A DNA stretch of 64,000 nucleotides from Lytechinus pictus (Eukaryota), in contig NC_087246.1 of NCBI RefSeq assembly GCF_037042905.1, positions 3,348,001-3,412,000 of the forward strand. Reading direction: 5' to 3'. Positions within the stretch are counted from its first letter, which is position 1. Every line of letters begins with the position of its first letter. Below, in pieces: positions 63,283 to 64,000 of the stretch. A program made the position numbers and the translations under genes. Under the pieces are notes generated by a model that was not told the origin of the DNA, searched no databases, and saw only the letters and a program-made list of their open reading frames with translations.

Positions 63283-64000
63283 TAGGTTTGATTTCTTTAT
63301 ACTACACAAAATTTTTCAGTTGATAATGTTCCTTATATGAGTAATTTTTCCCAAAATCTCATGAAAATTGAGAGAATTGCCTACAGTGTTCTTTGATTGA
63401 AAAAACCTTGGTCAGTCATTAAATTCCAGATAAAACAAGAAAAAAAGGTGCCCCATGTTTGCACACCAATTAACTTTACACACGATTCAGGGATTTTGAT
63501 GAGATTGGCTGCATATTGGGGCCATCTGCATCACATGAAGATAGTGCCTGAAATCCAATATTTTTTTCACCTTTTTGATAGAGTTAATGAAAATCTGTCT
63601 TGCAGATCTGTGTAAAGTTTGTGGGTCATTTTTTTTTACTCTCTCTCTGTGGGGACTGGGAGTCATGGGAGAAATAGACATTGAATATTCCTTGTGGGTA
63701 CAATGGGTAATCTTAGTTCTATGTGTTTTATTTGAGAAAATATGTATTTTTCAAGATAGAGGCTATATTGTGAACTTATAATCCCATTTTCCCCCAAAGT
63801 AATTTTCCACATATTCATGGCACATAGCATGTAGAGATCATGTATGATCTCTCAAAATTATTGATGTCATTATTTGAATGTGAAAGTTTGCAGATCTGTC
63901 GAAAAAGAACTAATTTTATGATATCACAAAAATCGTCTGCTCCATATCTTAAGGATGATCACTTTTTACAAACGACATTTACTGTACTCACAACAATCGT

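Overview
AT-rich, intron- and transposon-rich animal genomic DNA. The repeat landscape suggests an invertebrate deuterostome such as a sea urchin (inference, not established). Three genes were reconstructed by hand from GT-AG sites and reading-frame continuity. (1) A complete 23-exon ANKFY1/rabankyrin-5 on + (29243-54345, about 1200 aa; coiled coil, BTB/BACK, ankyrin repeats, FYVE). (2) A complete tandem SUMO-like-domain gene of the Rad60/Esc2/NIP45 family, NFATC2IP-like, on - (7 coding exons, 24736-15520, about 345 aa), head-to-head with ANKFY1. (3) The first exon of a probable selenoprotein M (60856-60966, +), with the rest beyond the window. The remainder is non-autonomous hAT-, piggyBac-, Kolobok-, Harbinger-, MULE- and Helentron-type elements, a solo LTR, tRNA-derived SINEs, LINE remnants and mini/microsatellites. 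The most notable observations are: a large palindrome between the two divergent genes whose best-conserved 67 bp (65/67 identical) is a mirror-image pair of GAG|GTAAGT splice donors, one facing each gene; an NFATC2IP-ANKFY1 adjacency that matches paralogous human ATP2A-SPNS segments; an NPF motif in a different loop from human ANKFY1; a decayed tandem copy of ANKFY1 exon 10; and Helentron satellite units carrying overlapping DR1 and DR4 nuclear-receptor elements. All alignments were done by eye and no database searches were run.
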